Program-made: the position numbers and the translations under genes
Part shown: piece by piece, positions 19,207 to 28,598 of the stretch
Layout of the letters: every line of letters begins with the position of its first letter
How positions within the stretch are numbered: position 1 is the stretch's first letter
Assembly (NCBI GenBank): GCA_963693365.1
Contig: CAVNZM010000037.1
Coordinates: forward strand, 1-43,351
Length of the DNA: 43,351 bases
Reading direction: 5' to 3'
Origin: Amoebidium appalachense
Lineage: Eukaryota > Protista > Ichthyosporea
Notes under the pieces: model-generated
Told to the model about the DNA's origin: nothing
What the model saw: the letters and a program-made list of their open reading frames with translations, nothing else
Database searches by the model: none

Positions 19207-20770
19207 TCAACAGCCCAGTCTGGGCTGCACGCTGGCGGGGACCAGCCCCTCGTATGCGTTCCTGAACACCTGCGCCGTGTACTTGAACTCGGCAACCTCC
19301 GGGCTGTGGGGTACCTCCCGCTCCAGCCAAACCGCCGTGGCCAAGATGATGGTGTAGGCCTGGCGGGCAGTGATCTCGGTGGACATGACCGCACGTCCCC
19401 AGCCGAGTGCTGAGCGCAGCTTGATGGCGCGCTGGATAGCCATGTCAGCTCCGATGACCCCCACCACTGCCGTGTCGGGCTTGTCGGTGTAGATGTCCAC
19501 GTTCAGCACCTCGAGTACATAGCGGCGCACGAGTCCAACAGAGCCCTTGGTAGACCCTCCAAACATGGCGGCGGTGACGCTGCGGGGAAGGTTGTACAGG
19601 CGGTCACGCAGGAAGGGGTTGCCTGTGCCACCGAGGGCGGAGCTGTCCGGGTCCTCGGGTAGGATGCGGGGGGTGAAGGCCTGGGCGGTGCTGTTGAGGG
19701 CGCTGGTGAGGCGGGCCACGTGGGACTTGCTGTACTCGATGATGAGCTGCTGCTGCTCAATGAGGGTGTCCCGGTCTCGGATGGTCTTGTTGCGCTCCTC
19801 GATGGTAATGTTCCGGTCCTCGATTGTGCGCTGCATGTTCTGGAGCAGCGTCTGCCAGTAGGCAGCCCCGTGCTCCTCGGATCCCCCGGCACCCCCGTTC
19901 TCCACGTACTCCCCGAACAGGCGAGCGCCGCTGCCCTCGGGGAGGGACTCCTGAAGACGACGGTTGGCGCGCACCTCGTCAACCAAAGTCTCGTCACCAC
20001 CCAGGTAGCGCACGATGAGCTCAGCGGCCGCAGCCTTGAAAGCAGCAACCTTGGGACCGGTCAGGGCCAGGATGATGCGCACCAGCCCCTTTGCATCGGC
20101 GATTGGGGTTGAACGTTCTGATGATCAACCGAGTCGGAATATCTGGAGCGAGTTAATCAAGGCCGGATCTGCGGCCACTGTCACCTCGTTGAATCTTTCG
20201 TTGTGGGTTGCCATAGCCAATCGCAACGAGCACATCAAACACATCCGCCTTCCGGGGCACGGTGTTGGTGCAGCGGATGGTCTTGCCGCTCCAGTCACCA
20301 CCACCCTCTCCGAACTTGAACAGGGTCGCGGCCAGCCCGTCGCCGTCGAGGTCCATGCCCGGAACCGCCGTGGGCAGCTGGCGCATGGCTTCGGCAAGGG
20401 CCTTGTTGTCCGCCACCTTCCAGATGCTGATGGAGGGGTCGCCGAGTACACCACGCACGGAGGTGGCGTGCACCTGTTCACGCAGGCGGACGAGGGACAG
20501 GGTCTTGCCGGACGGCAGGGTGCGGGTGTCCTGGGCGACAACCCCAAATCGCTTGGTGTCGCCGAGGGCTGTGGCGGCACGCTCGTGCAGGTCGGTGTGG
20601 TCGGAGAGGAGCGCCCAGTAGCGGATGCGGGAGCGCTCGGGGTCAAGCAGAAGGGTGCGGATGGTGTCCTCAAGGGATGCGTTCTCCTCCATACTGTCGT
20701 CCGTGTCCATGCTGTCGATGTTGTCGCTCTGCATGTTGTTGTTGATGTCCATGTTCTGGGTTGTCTCCAT
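19207..20770 (-). CDS. Bro-N-like DNA-binding protein; split by a candidate 67-nt intron (20118-20184) or pseudogenised
   Basis: KADVFDVLVAIG and TPIADAKGLVRIILALTGPKVAAFK..RYLGGDETLVDEV lie in different frames. Splicing G|GTGACA to CATCAG| rejoins them. GGTATAAAAG at 20815-20824. Confidence 0.65.
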
Positions 20771-21146
20771 CTTGATGGTTGCTGCAGAATGATGAATTAT
20801 GGTCTGGACTGCTCCTTTTATACCTTCAGGTCTGACCACCGATGGTGCCAAAATCGATGGTGATGGTGAGTTTGGGCACCAAACTAATGAACCCTGAATT
20901 TCAGGGATGATGATTATTGTGTCATTCGGATGTTGATCACAATTGTCGGACGAGAAGCAAGCCGGAGATATCACAGATAAGAAAATATCAAAAACCCGTA
21001 CTATTGAATTTTATCTGCACTGCAGATTTTTCCGTCCAACTTGGCAATGAGCTGCTTTGTCCCCTTCAGCTCGTACCAATCAAACCACGCGTATCTGTCA
21101 CATAATTAGTATGAAAGAGAAGCAAGCCAGAGATATCACAGATATA

Positions 21147-22658
21147 TCACACACTTGCATTCGGAGTTGTCGATGCTGCGATCCCGATGTCTTCCACAAG
21201 CCGCTCCCCATCCCTGCGCCTCGGCAGTCCTGCGGCTTCAAGCTCGGCATCGGTCAACACGACCGTTTTCTTGGTTATTACCTCTCGTATTACCTGTCTG
21301 TACCGTGGGTCATCAAGATTCGGCTGCACCACATCTATCTCTCCTCCATGCATCTTAGCCCAGTAGAGTTCGGTCAGTTGCTTCCCGTACAGGGACAACA
21401 CGGCCCCGATTTTGTAGACTGCCCGGAATCCTCTGTCCACCTTCTCAAGCTTTGTCGTTATATGATTGCAGACCCGTTCCCCAATGGTGTTTCCATTGCC
21501 CGGTTGGGAACCCCAGTCGAAGCTTGACGTGCGCAGGAGTATGTAGACCATCAACCAGGAGGCACATGCCGAGTCGTGTATTTCGTTTCTATCGACAAGC
21601 CCCTCATACAAAACCCTCCCAAAACTTGTCTGAAGGCTCTTACATACAGATTCGTGTTGGTAGGTGCGCAGAACTTTCGAGCTTCCAGTGTAACCGGCCC
21701 CCTCAAGGAACATACAGAGGGCGTCAGCGATTAGCCCTGCCGGGGCAGACATGTTAAAGCACTCAACCACCTTGACTTGCGAATCGATAATGATAACAGA
21801 AGCATGCTCTGGGCTCGACACATGCATTATATAGTAGCGCTCACGCTCTTGGCTTTTCAGCCAGGAAGAGAGGTTCGACACAGATGCTTTCGAGCATCTG
21901 AAACCCCACTTTCCTGCTGACACCTTCCAAGTGGACATTTTACCATTGTCCGTCACAACACCGAGTGCTGGTGTGGACTTGGGGACAGCGTCACCATTAT
22001 ACTCTATTTTGAGGGATGTGCCAGGGGAAAAACGAACAGATTTTGGCAGATAGGTTTGCAGCAGTACGAAGGTGTTGTCCCGAGACATGACGCCACACCC
22101 TGCCACAGCCGGTGAGGCTTCAACGGAGCCAACCCCAATCAGCTCGGCCAGTGACTTCTGAAGATCAACGAGGCCGTTGTACCAGTCAAATAGAAGTGGC
22201 CACGTTTTTTGTATGTCCTCCATCATGTCCGAGGGCGTAGGTCTTCCAGGGACAATAGCCTGTTTGTACTTTTCGGCCACGTAGGGAGCACACTTCACCA
22301 CAATCGACCCGAAACGGTGCTTCCGCTGGTCCACGAGAAACCGGCTTTTTGAATCATACCTTACAGCAAACTTGTATTCCGTACCCGCTGTTTGACGCAT
22401 ACAAATAAACAACAATCTGTAGCCACCCAGCCCTGCTTCAAAAACCAGAGATGTAACACAGGTCAGACAGACTGGTTCGACATCATTTTGAGTGCTCCAC
22501 AAGTTGATGGAGAGACAGACGTCCTCCATAGCCCACTTGTATGTCTGGGTGTTGCGGGGTTTCAGATGTGCGTCTTCCAACTTGAAATGTTGGGTATTGC
22601 GTTTGACAAACTTGAAGAAGCAGTGGGGCTTTACCGACAATGTCTGTGTTGAAGCCAT
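21147..22658 (-). CDS. Hypothetical protein with a possible C-terminal clan CE (Ulp1-like) cysteine protease domain
   Basis: HASVIIIDSQVKVVECFN...SLQ...SACASWLMVYILLR gives the H-E/D-Q-C order. Confidence 0.4.
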   Translation of the reverse strand: MASTQTLSVKPHCFFKFVKRNTQHFKLEDAHLKPRNTQTYKWAMEDVCLSINLWSTQNDVEPVCLTCVTSLVFEAGLGGYRLLFICMRQTAGTEYKFAVRYDSKSRFLVDQRKHRFGSIVVKCAPYVAEKYKQAIVPGRPTPSDMMEDIQKTWPLLFDWYNGLVDLQKSLAELIGVGSVEASPAVAGCGVMSRDNTFVLLQTYLPKSVRFSPGTSLKIEYNGDAVPKSTPALGVVTDNGKMSTWKVSAGKWGFRCSKASVSNLSSWLKSQERERYYIMHVSSPEHASVIIIDSQVKVVECFNMSAPAGLIADALCMFLEGAGYTGSSKVLRTYQHESVCKSLQTSFGRVLYEGLVDRNEIHDSACASWLMVYILLRTSSFDWGSQPGNGNTIGERVCNHITTKLEKVDRGFRAVYKIGAVLSLYGKQLTELYWAKMHGGEIDVVQPNLDDPRYRQVIREVITKKTVVLTDAELEAAGLPRRRDGERLVEDIGIAASTTPNASV

Positions 22659-22785
22659 CTACACAACAGCCGAATTTTTCGACATATGGGTGGTTCCCTG
22701 GGACAGTTTCGGGTGGGTTCCTGCGCGGGGCTGGGGGGAGGGAGGGGGATTGCGTCCATTCTGTGACCGATATATGCAAAAGAGT

Positions 22786-23187
22786 TTATATCCCTGCTGC
22801 ACCGATGCCAGCAGGCTTGACGCAGCAGAAGTCCGGCGCGCACGGCATCGACGTGGCCCTGCGCCGCTTGCACCGCAGCACCCCGCCGGTCTTGGGGTCC
22901 GGTCGGTAGAGGTTGCAGCCCACAAACTGGTTGCACGGCACGAGCGACGGATTCTGCGGCACCGCCGTGCGGCACAGCCACCCGCACCCCACCCCCGGCA
23001 CCGGCACCTGCGAGCACACGGGCGCTGCGGCGGCCGTCTGCGCAATGAGCCGTGTGCATCTGGGCAGTACGGTGGGGGTGGGCGTCGGGGTGGTTGGCGC
23101 CGGCGTCGGGGGGGCCGTCACGTAGCTGGCGGCGGCGGCGGCGGCTTGTGCAAGTAGGGCAACGAGCACGTACATTACCGTGTGCAT
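22786..23187 (-). CDS. Small secreted Cys-rich protein
   Basis: Signal peptide, PT-rich linker, 9 Cys. Confidence 0.6.
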   Translation of the reverse strand: MHTVMYVLVALLAQAAAAAASYVTAPPTPAPTTPTPTPTVLPRCTRLIAQTAAAAPVCSQVPVPGVGCGWLCRTAVPQNPSLVPCNQFVGCNLYRPDPKTGGVLRCKRRRATSMPCAPDFCCVKPAGIGAAGI

Positions 23188-23364
23188 GGATAATAGTTGT
23201 GGGGGCAGGGGTGTTCTTGTTTGTTGGGGGGTGGGGGGCGGGAGGTCCCAGAGCTGGTTGTGTTCTATTTATTGGGGCCTGCCCTCTGTTTGAAGAAACG
23301 AAACTTTGAAGGTATTTCGTTGGGCTACTGCGATTGAAGAAACGAAACTTTGAAGGTATGTTGT

Positions 23365-23470
23365 TGGGTCCGGAACAGCAGGTGACAACTTCCCTCCCTT
23401 ACCAAACGAGCAATTGGTCACTTTGACCAATTGGTCCCCTGTCGTATCCAATAGATGCTGGTTGGTGTGC
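23365..23470 (-). pseudogene. Orphan fragment of the Bro-N variable segment
   Basis: Translates to DQLVKVTNCSFGKGGKLSPAVP, versus KQSVKMSDCHFGNGGKPSPGVP in 24509-25672. No ATG or promoter seen. Confidence 0.65.
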
Positions 23471-23485
23471 CTCGGCCACTATAAA

Positions 23486-24397
23486 CTACACAACGTGCTT
23501 CGCCAGGAAGCTCACAGGGTACAGCTTGACCGTGCGCACGTCCCCGTTGACCACCATCTGCGTCGTCTCGGGCTCGCACCCCATCTCGTCACGCCAGGCC
23601 TTGCTGACCATGCGGCCGAGCGCAGAGGCGGATTTGCACTTGATGCCACGGTCGACCACAAACTTCCCCACCGTGACATAGTCGGAGAGGGTGGTGCCTT
23701 CGATGGCTCGCAGACCCTGGTTGGGGAGCAGCATGTTGGAGACCGAGTCGTTGACGAGCTGACGCATGCGCGGGTCACGGTCCAGCCCCAGGCGCTCAAG
23801 CAGCGCCTCGTACTGGGCGAGGTTGTCCATAGCCATCTTCTGGTTCTCCCTCTCGAGACGCGTGATCTCCGCCTCCTCCCGGCGCAGACGCAGCCTCCGC
23901 TCCTCCTCCAGCTCCTCGCGGCGCCGCTTGCGGTCAGGGGTCTCGTCCGTGCCGTTGCGGAAGAACTCGCGCTCCTCGGGGCTGCTGTTGTCGAAGCGGG
24001 TCTCGATCTCCTCGATGAGAAGCAAATCGCCAGAGAGGAGGCGCGCCATGTACTGGGCAGAAGTCTTACGGAAATCATGAGCGCGCTTGCCAGGGAGCAG
24101 GTAGATGATCTCGAGGAGGGTGCGGAAGGGGGCAACATCTGTCTCAAGACCCTTGCCGTTGATTTTCAGACCGTAAGCCGCGCTTACGGTTTCACTTACG
24201 GATGGATCAGGGCTGTCTCTGAGAGATTTCCATGCCATGCGGGCTGCTTCACGGTTTCCGAGCACAAGAGCGATGACATCCAAAACACTTGCATTCTTGG
24301 TTTTGTTGTCAATTCGCACAGTGGTGCCCTTGAACTGGGGGAACTCCTTCCACAGAAGCGACATGTCCACCTTTGAGTTGTTCTGTCCGGTAGCCAT
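23486..24397 (-). CDS. Bro-N/KilA-N-superfamily DNA-binding protein (paralogue of 9121-10029)
   Basis: Shares MSLLWKEFPQFKG, ASVLDVI, LLPGKRAH and EREFFRNGTDETPDRKRRREELEEE with 9121-10029. Confidence 0.78.
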   Translation of the reverse strand: MATGQNNSKVDMSLLWKEFPQFKGTTVRIDNKTKNASVLDVIALVLGNREAARMAWKSLRDSPDPSVSETVSAAYGLKINGKGLETDVAPFRTLLEIIYLLPGKRAHDFRKTSAQYMARLLSGDLLLIEEIETRFDNSSPEEREFFRNGTDETPDRKRRREELEEERRLRLRREEAEITRLERENQKMAMDNLAQYEALLERLGLDRDPRMRQLVNDSVSNMLLPNQGLRAIEGTTLSDYVTVGKFVVDRGIKCKSASALGRMVSKAWRDEMGCEPETTQMVVNGDVRTVKLYPVSFLAKHVV

Positions 24398-24508
24398 CCT
24401 GTGTCAGACTGACCCCAGGTGGCCGTGTGTGCTCCTTTTATACCTGCGCGTGGCACCCTCAGTCGTGCTGAGGGCAGGTTGGTGCTTATCCATTGAAATG
24501 TCTTGGGG

Positions 24509-25672
24509 CTACTGCGCTTGCTCCTGGCTGGCTTTCTTGAACACACTGACAACCAGGTCCCTTGTCAAGTCGTCCTCCATGTGTTCCCTTGCCATCTCCA
24601 GCATGGCTCCTGCAAAAGTCACAAAGTCCACACGGAACAGCTCGCGCTCGACGTTCTTGTGTTTGAGTGCCGTGTGCAGGCACTTTTCTGCAAGCGCCAA
24701 CTGCTCGGACGGCACGGGAAGCGCAAAGAGCAGGCGCTTGTTGGGCCCCACATGCCACGTACCGGCCTGCCTCATGCGGCCCTTCACGTCCTTCAGGCTC
24801 TGGCCGATCTTCAGACAGGGCGGGTCGCCATACTCGGACACAAACACGTAGATACCGGACTGCTGCTTGGTGCACACGTGGTTGGTGACCCGGCGCAGCT
24901 CATCACTGGCATCCTCGAATTCCGATGGAATTTGGTCCTGCTTGAGATTGTCTGTGGTCTGAAGTTCCAGAAGCCGACACTGCACCTCGAGTTTCAGGCG
25001 CTCCTCCCGGATCAGAGCAGCCTGCTCGCGCATCATCATGATCTCCGTGTACTGAGCAGATTCGGCGATGCGCGCCTCCTTGTACAGACTCAGTGCGGTT
25101 TCCATCTCGGCCTGGTTGGTCATGAACTGGGTGATGTCTCCGAGCTTCAGTCTCTTGGGCTCCCTCTCGGGTGTCCCGTCGGCATCCATTTCCCCCCTCA
25201 CACTGTCGCGCATGAAAGCGTTGGGTCCTGACGGGTTGGCCGCTGCCGCGGCACGGTTGCGCTCGATGTCCTCCACGAGTGTTTCGTCTCCACCTTCCAG
25301 GCGCGCTATGTCTCGGGCCCACTTGTCGATGATCGCGGAACCATAGCGTGAGCCAGATGCAATCTTGAACGTCAGCTTGACCAATGAAGTTGCAGGAACA
25401 CCAGGAGATGGTTTTCCCCCATTTCCAAAGTGGCAATCGGACATTTTGACCGATTGCTTGAGGGATGGGTCTTCGAAGATACGCCGTAGATATCGACCGG
25501 CTGCGTCTCTATCCAAACCGCGGACAAGCATGGTATAGTCCACAAGACTCGCCATCTTCACACCACCGACCTGACACACTCGAATGACATGGTTGCCTAT
25601 GCAAATTGTGTCGCCTTTTTTAGCGGCGACCTCGTTTCCGGTCAAGACAAGATCGGTGTGTTCGAGATCCAT
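24509..25672 (-). CDS. Bro-N-like + T5orf172 (GIY-YIG-like) protein
   Basis: ASLVDYTMLV...ARLEGGDETLVEDIERN; C-terminus GIYVF..LKIGQS...AEKCLHTAL..RELF. Has its own GGTATAAAAG at 25711-25720. Confidence 0.78.
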   Translation of the reverse strand: MDLEHTDLVLTGNEVAAKKGDTICIGNHVIRVCQVGGVKMASLVDYTMLVRGLDRDAAGRYLRRIFEDPSLKQSVKMSDCHFGNGGKPSPGVPATSLVKLTFKIASGSRYGSAIIDKWARDIARLEGGDETLVEDIERNRAAAAANPSGPNAFMRDSVRGEMDADGTPEREPKRLKLGDITQFMTNQAEMETALSLYKEARIAESAQYTEIMMMREQAALIREERLKLEVQCRLLELQTTDNLKQDQIPSEFEDASDELRRVTNHVCTKQQSGIYVFVSEYGDPPCLKIGQSLKDVKGRMRQAGTWHVGPNKRLLFALPVPSEQLALAEKCLHTALKHKNVERELFRVDFVTFAGAMLEMAREHMEDDLTRDLVVSVFKKASQEQAQ

Positions 25673-26119
25673 GCTTTGCGAGATTGAGGTATTGTGATGT
25701 GTGTTGGGTCCTTTTATACCCTCTGTCTGACTTCCAGGACTGGAATTTACTTCGTTGGACATCAGGCGCTTGATAAAATTGATACTGCTCATGCGAACAT
25801 GGTGCGCGCGCTTGCCAGGGAGCAGGTAGATGATCTCGAGGAGGGTGCGGAAGGGGGCAACATCTGTCTCCAGACCCTTGCCGTTGATTTTCAGACCGTA
25901 AGCCGCGCTTACGGTTTCACTTACGGATGGATCAGAGCTGTCTCTGAGAGATTTCCATGCCATGCGGGCTGCTTCACGGTTTCCGAGCACAAGAGCGACG
26001 ACATCCAAAACACTTGCATTCTTGGTTTTGTTGTCAATTCGCACAGTGGTGCCCTTGAACTGAGGGAACTCCTTCCAAAGAAACGACATGTCGCCTTTTT
26101 TGTTCTGCTCGCCAGCCAT
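25673..26119 (-). pseudogene. Truncated duplicate of a Bro-N 5' half, fused in frame to the downstream gene
   Basis: Near-identical to the N-terminus of 23486-24397 up to LLPGKRAH, then reads through the next gene's promoter (the 536-aa ORF in the track). Confidence 0.6.
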
Positions 26120-26229
26120 GCTGTGTCAGACTGACCCCAGGTGGCCGTGTGTGCTCCTTTTATACCTGCGCGTGGCGCCCTCAGTCGTGCTGAGGGCAGG
26201 TTGGTGCTTATCCATTGAAATGTCTTGGG

Positions 26230-26385
26230 GAATCGCCAAATCTCAAAAGCCTCATGTTCAGGCTTTTGGTTTCTACTTCGTCATCAAAGTTACGTCTCAC
26301 GTAATCACTCGCCGCATGTCTATCCAGATCACGCACCAACATCGTATAATCAATAAGACTGGCATATTCTACTCCTTCACACACG
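26230..26385 (-). pseudogene. Orphan Bro-N fragment
   Basis: YASLIDYTMLVRDLDRHAASDYVRRNFDDEVETKSLNMRLLRFG, versus MASLVDYTMLVRGLDRDAAGRYLRRIFEDPSLKQSVKMSDCHFG in 24509-25672. Confidence 0.7.
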
Positions 26386-26529
26386 GGGCTGGGGGGGCTG
26401 GGGGGGGCTGGGGGTGCCTCGCGTGCCTGCGTGCCTCGCGCCGGGTGTGTTCGTGCTTCCTTTATTGTTCCTCGTGTGCCCCCACAGCCCCCCACAGCCA
26501 CCCCCAGCCACCCGCGCCCCGGGGAGGTG

Positions 26530-26964
26530 TCACGCCATCAACGCCCGGACTTCCGAGCCTCTGGCGCAGCGGCGGGTGCCGTGTGCACGGGTGGGGGGGG
26601 CACTGTGGGGCCCAACCGGAAACAGCCCGTACAGGATGTCCTCCTCGCACGTCACCATGATCTCGTGCTTGTCCATGATCCTCATGGCGTGCGCGATGGT
26701 TTCGGCGGGCACGGGCGGGCCGTGGTTGAACAGGTGCACGCGCATCTCCTTGTCGGGGTGGAAGTGGTGGTTCGCCAGCACGTTCGCCATGGCGGTCTTC
26801 CAGTCGGCCAGCTGCTCGACCTGGACGATCTGGTGGTCCGTCAGCACGTCGATGCGCCCGACCTTGGTGAGCGTGTCCTTGACGCCTTCCAGCCGGTCGG
26901 CCAGCTCGTATACGACCATGTTCCGTGCGAACTCAAGCTCGGTGTCCGTCATCACATACCGCAC
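26530..26964 (-). CDS. PD-(D/E)XK-like nuclease homologue, probably inactive (copy 1)
   Basis: GRIDVLTDHQIVQVEQLADWKTAM...RVHLF; EVK is replaced by QVE. Confidence 0.6.
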   Translation of the reverse strand: MRYVMTDTELEFARNMVVYELADRLEGVKDTLTKVGRIDVLTDHQIVQVEQLADWKTAMANVLANHHFHPDKEMRVHLFNHGPPVPAETIAHAMRIMDKHEIMVTCEEDILYGLFPVGPHSAPPTRAHGTRRCARGSEVRALMA

Positions 26965-27234
26965 ACATAAAATTCGCGTGCCGCCCCAACCGGGTTACCC
27001 ATTGACAATCACACATCGCACTTTCGACCTTGTGTGGGCGCCCGACAATGTTGCGGCGCGTGGGGGGCGGGGGTGGCTGGGCGGGGCTGGGGGGGCTGGG
27101 GGGGCTGGGGGTGCCTCGCGTGCCTGCGTGCCTCGCGCCGGGTGTGTTCGTGCTTCCTTTATTGTTCCTCGTGTGCCCCCACAGCCCCCCACAGCCACCC
27201 CCAGCCACCCGCGCCCCGGGGAGGTGTCACGCCA

Positions 27235-27660
27235 TCAACGCCCGGACTTCCGAGCCTCTGGCGCAGCGGCGGGTGCCGTGTGCACGGGTGGGGGGGCACT
27301 GTGGGGCCCAACCGGAAACAGCCCGTACAGGATGTCCTCCTCGCACGTCACCATGATCTCGTGCTTGTCCATGATCCTCATGGCGTGCGCGATGGTTTCG
27401 GCGGGCACGGGCGGGCCGTGGTTGAACAGGTGCACGCGCATCTCCTTGTCGGGGTGGAAGTGGTGGTTCGCCAGCACGTTCGCCATGGCGGTCTTCCAGT
27501 CGGCCAGCTGCTCGACCTGGACGATCTGGTGGTCCGTCAGCACGTCGATGCGCCCGACCTTGGTGAGCGTGTCCTCGACGCCTTCCAGCCGGTCGGCCAG
27601 CTCGTATACGACCATGTTCCGTGCGAACTCAAGCTCGGTGTCCGTCATCACATACCGCAC
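27235..27660 (-). CDS. PD-(D/E)XK-like nuclease homologue, probably inactive (copy 2)
   Basis: Same motifs as copy 1. Confidence 0.6.
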   Translation of the reverse strand: MRYVMTDTELEFARNMVVYELADRLEGVEDTLTKVGRIDVLTDHQIVQVEQLADWKTAMANVLANHHFHPDKEMRVHLFNHGPPVPAETIAHAMRIMDKHEIMVTCEEDILYGLFPVGPHSAPPPVHTAPAAAPEARKSGR

Positions 27661-27933
27661 ACATAAAATTCGCGTGCCGCCCCAACCGGGTTACCCATTG
27701 ACAATCACACATCGCACTTTCGACCTTGTGTGGGCGCCCGACAATGTTGCGGCGCGTGGGGGGCGGGGGTGGCTGGGCGGGGCTGGGGGGGCTGGGGGGG
27801 GCTGGGGGGGTGCCTCGCGTGCCTGCGTGCCTCGCGCCGGGTGTGTTCGTGCTTCCTTTATTGTTCCTCGTGTGCCCCCACAGCCCCCCACAGCCACCCC
27901 CAGCCACCCGCGCCCCGGGGAGGTGTCACGCCA

Positions 27934-28359
27934 TCAACGCCCGGACTTCCGAGCCTCTGGCGCAGCGGCGGGTGCCGTGTGCACGGGTGGGGGGGCACTG
28001 TGGGGCCCAACCGGAAACAGCCCGTACAGGATGTCCTCCTCGCACGTCACCATGATCTCGTGCTTGTCCATGATCCTCATGGCGTGCGCGATGGTTTCGG
28101 CGGGCACGGGCGGGCCGTGGTTGAACAGGTGCACGCGCATCTCCTTGTCGGGGTGGAAGTGGTGGTTCGCCAGCACGTTCGCCATGGCGGTCTTCCAGTC
28201 GGCCAGCTGCTCGACCTGGACGATCTGGTGGTCCGTCAGCACGTCGATGCGCCCGACCTTGGTGAGCGTGTCCTCGACGCCTTCCAGCCGGTCGGCCAGC
28301 TCGTATACGACCATGTTCCGTGCGAACTCAAGCTCGGTGTCCGTCATCACATACCGCAC
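27934..28359 (-). CDS. PD-(D/E)XK-like nuclease homologue, probably inactive (copy 3)
   Basis: Same motifs as copy 1. Confidence 0.6.
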   Translation of the reverse strand: MRYVMTDTELEFARNMVVYELADRLEGVEDTLTKVGRIDVLTDHQIVQVEQLADWKTAMANVLANHHFHPDKEMRVHLFNHGPPVPAETIAHAMRIMDKHEIMVTCEEDILYGLFPVGPHSAPPPVHTAPAAAPEARKSGR

Positions 28360-28598
28360 ACATAAAATTCGCGTGCCGCCCCAACCGGGTTACCCATTGA
28401 CAATCACACATCGCACTTTCGACCTTGTGTGGGCGCCCGACAATGTTGCGGCGCGTGGGGGGGGGGCGGGGGGGGGGGTGGCTGGGCGGGGCTGGGGGTG
28501 GCTGGGGGCGCGGGTGCCTCGCGTGCCTCGCGTGCCTCGCATGCCTCGCGCGCGGGGTGGGTGTGTGTGTGCGTTTGTGTGTTTCTTCTCGCACAACA

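Larger units (their letters stand above)
24080..26230. repeat. About 425-bp direct repeat (24080-24508 and 25805-26230) flanking the T5orf172 gene
   Basis: Near-identical 5' half of a Bro-N gene plus promoter; both copies end at GAAATGTCTTGGGG. Confidence 0.9.
26385..28530. repeat. Three tandem, near-identical copies of a ~697-bp unit
   Basis: Period 696-699 bp; each unit carries one nuclease-like ORF and a G-run spacer. Confidence 0.95.

Noticed and set aside
24509-26119. A single native 536-aa gene
   Set aside because: It contains an internal promoter motif and ATG (25672), and its 5' part is a duplicated fragment; it is better read as a secondary fusion.
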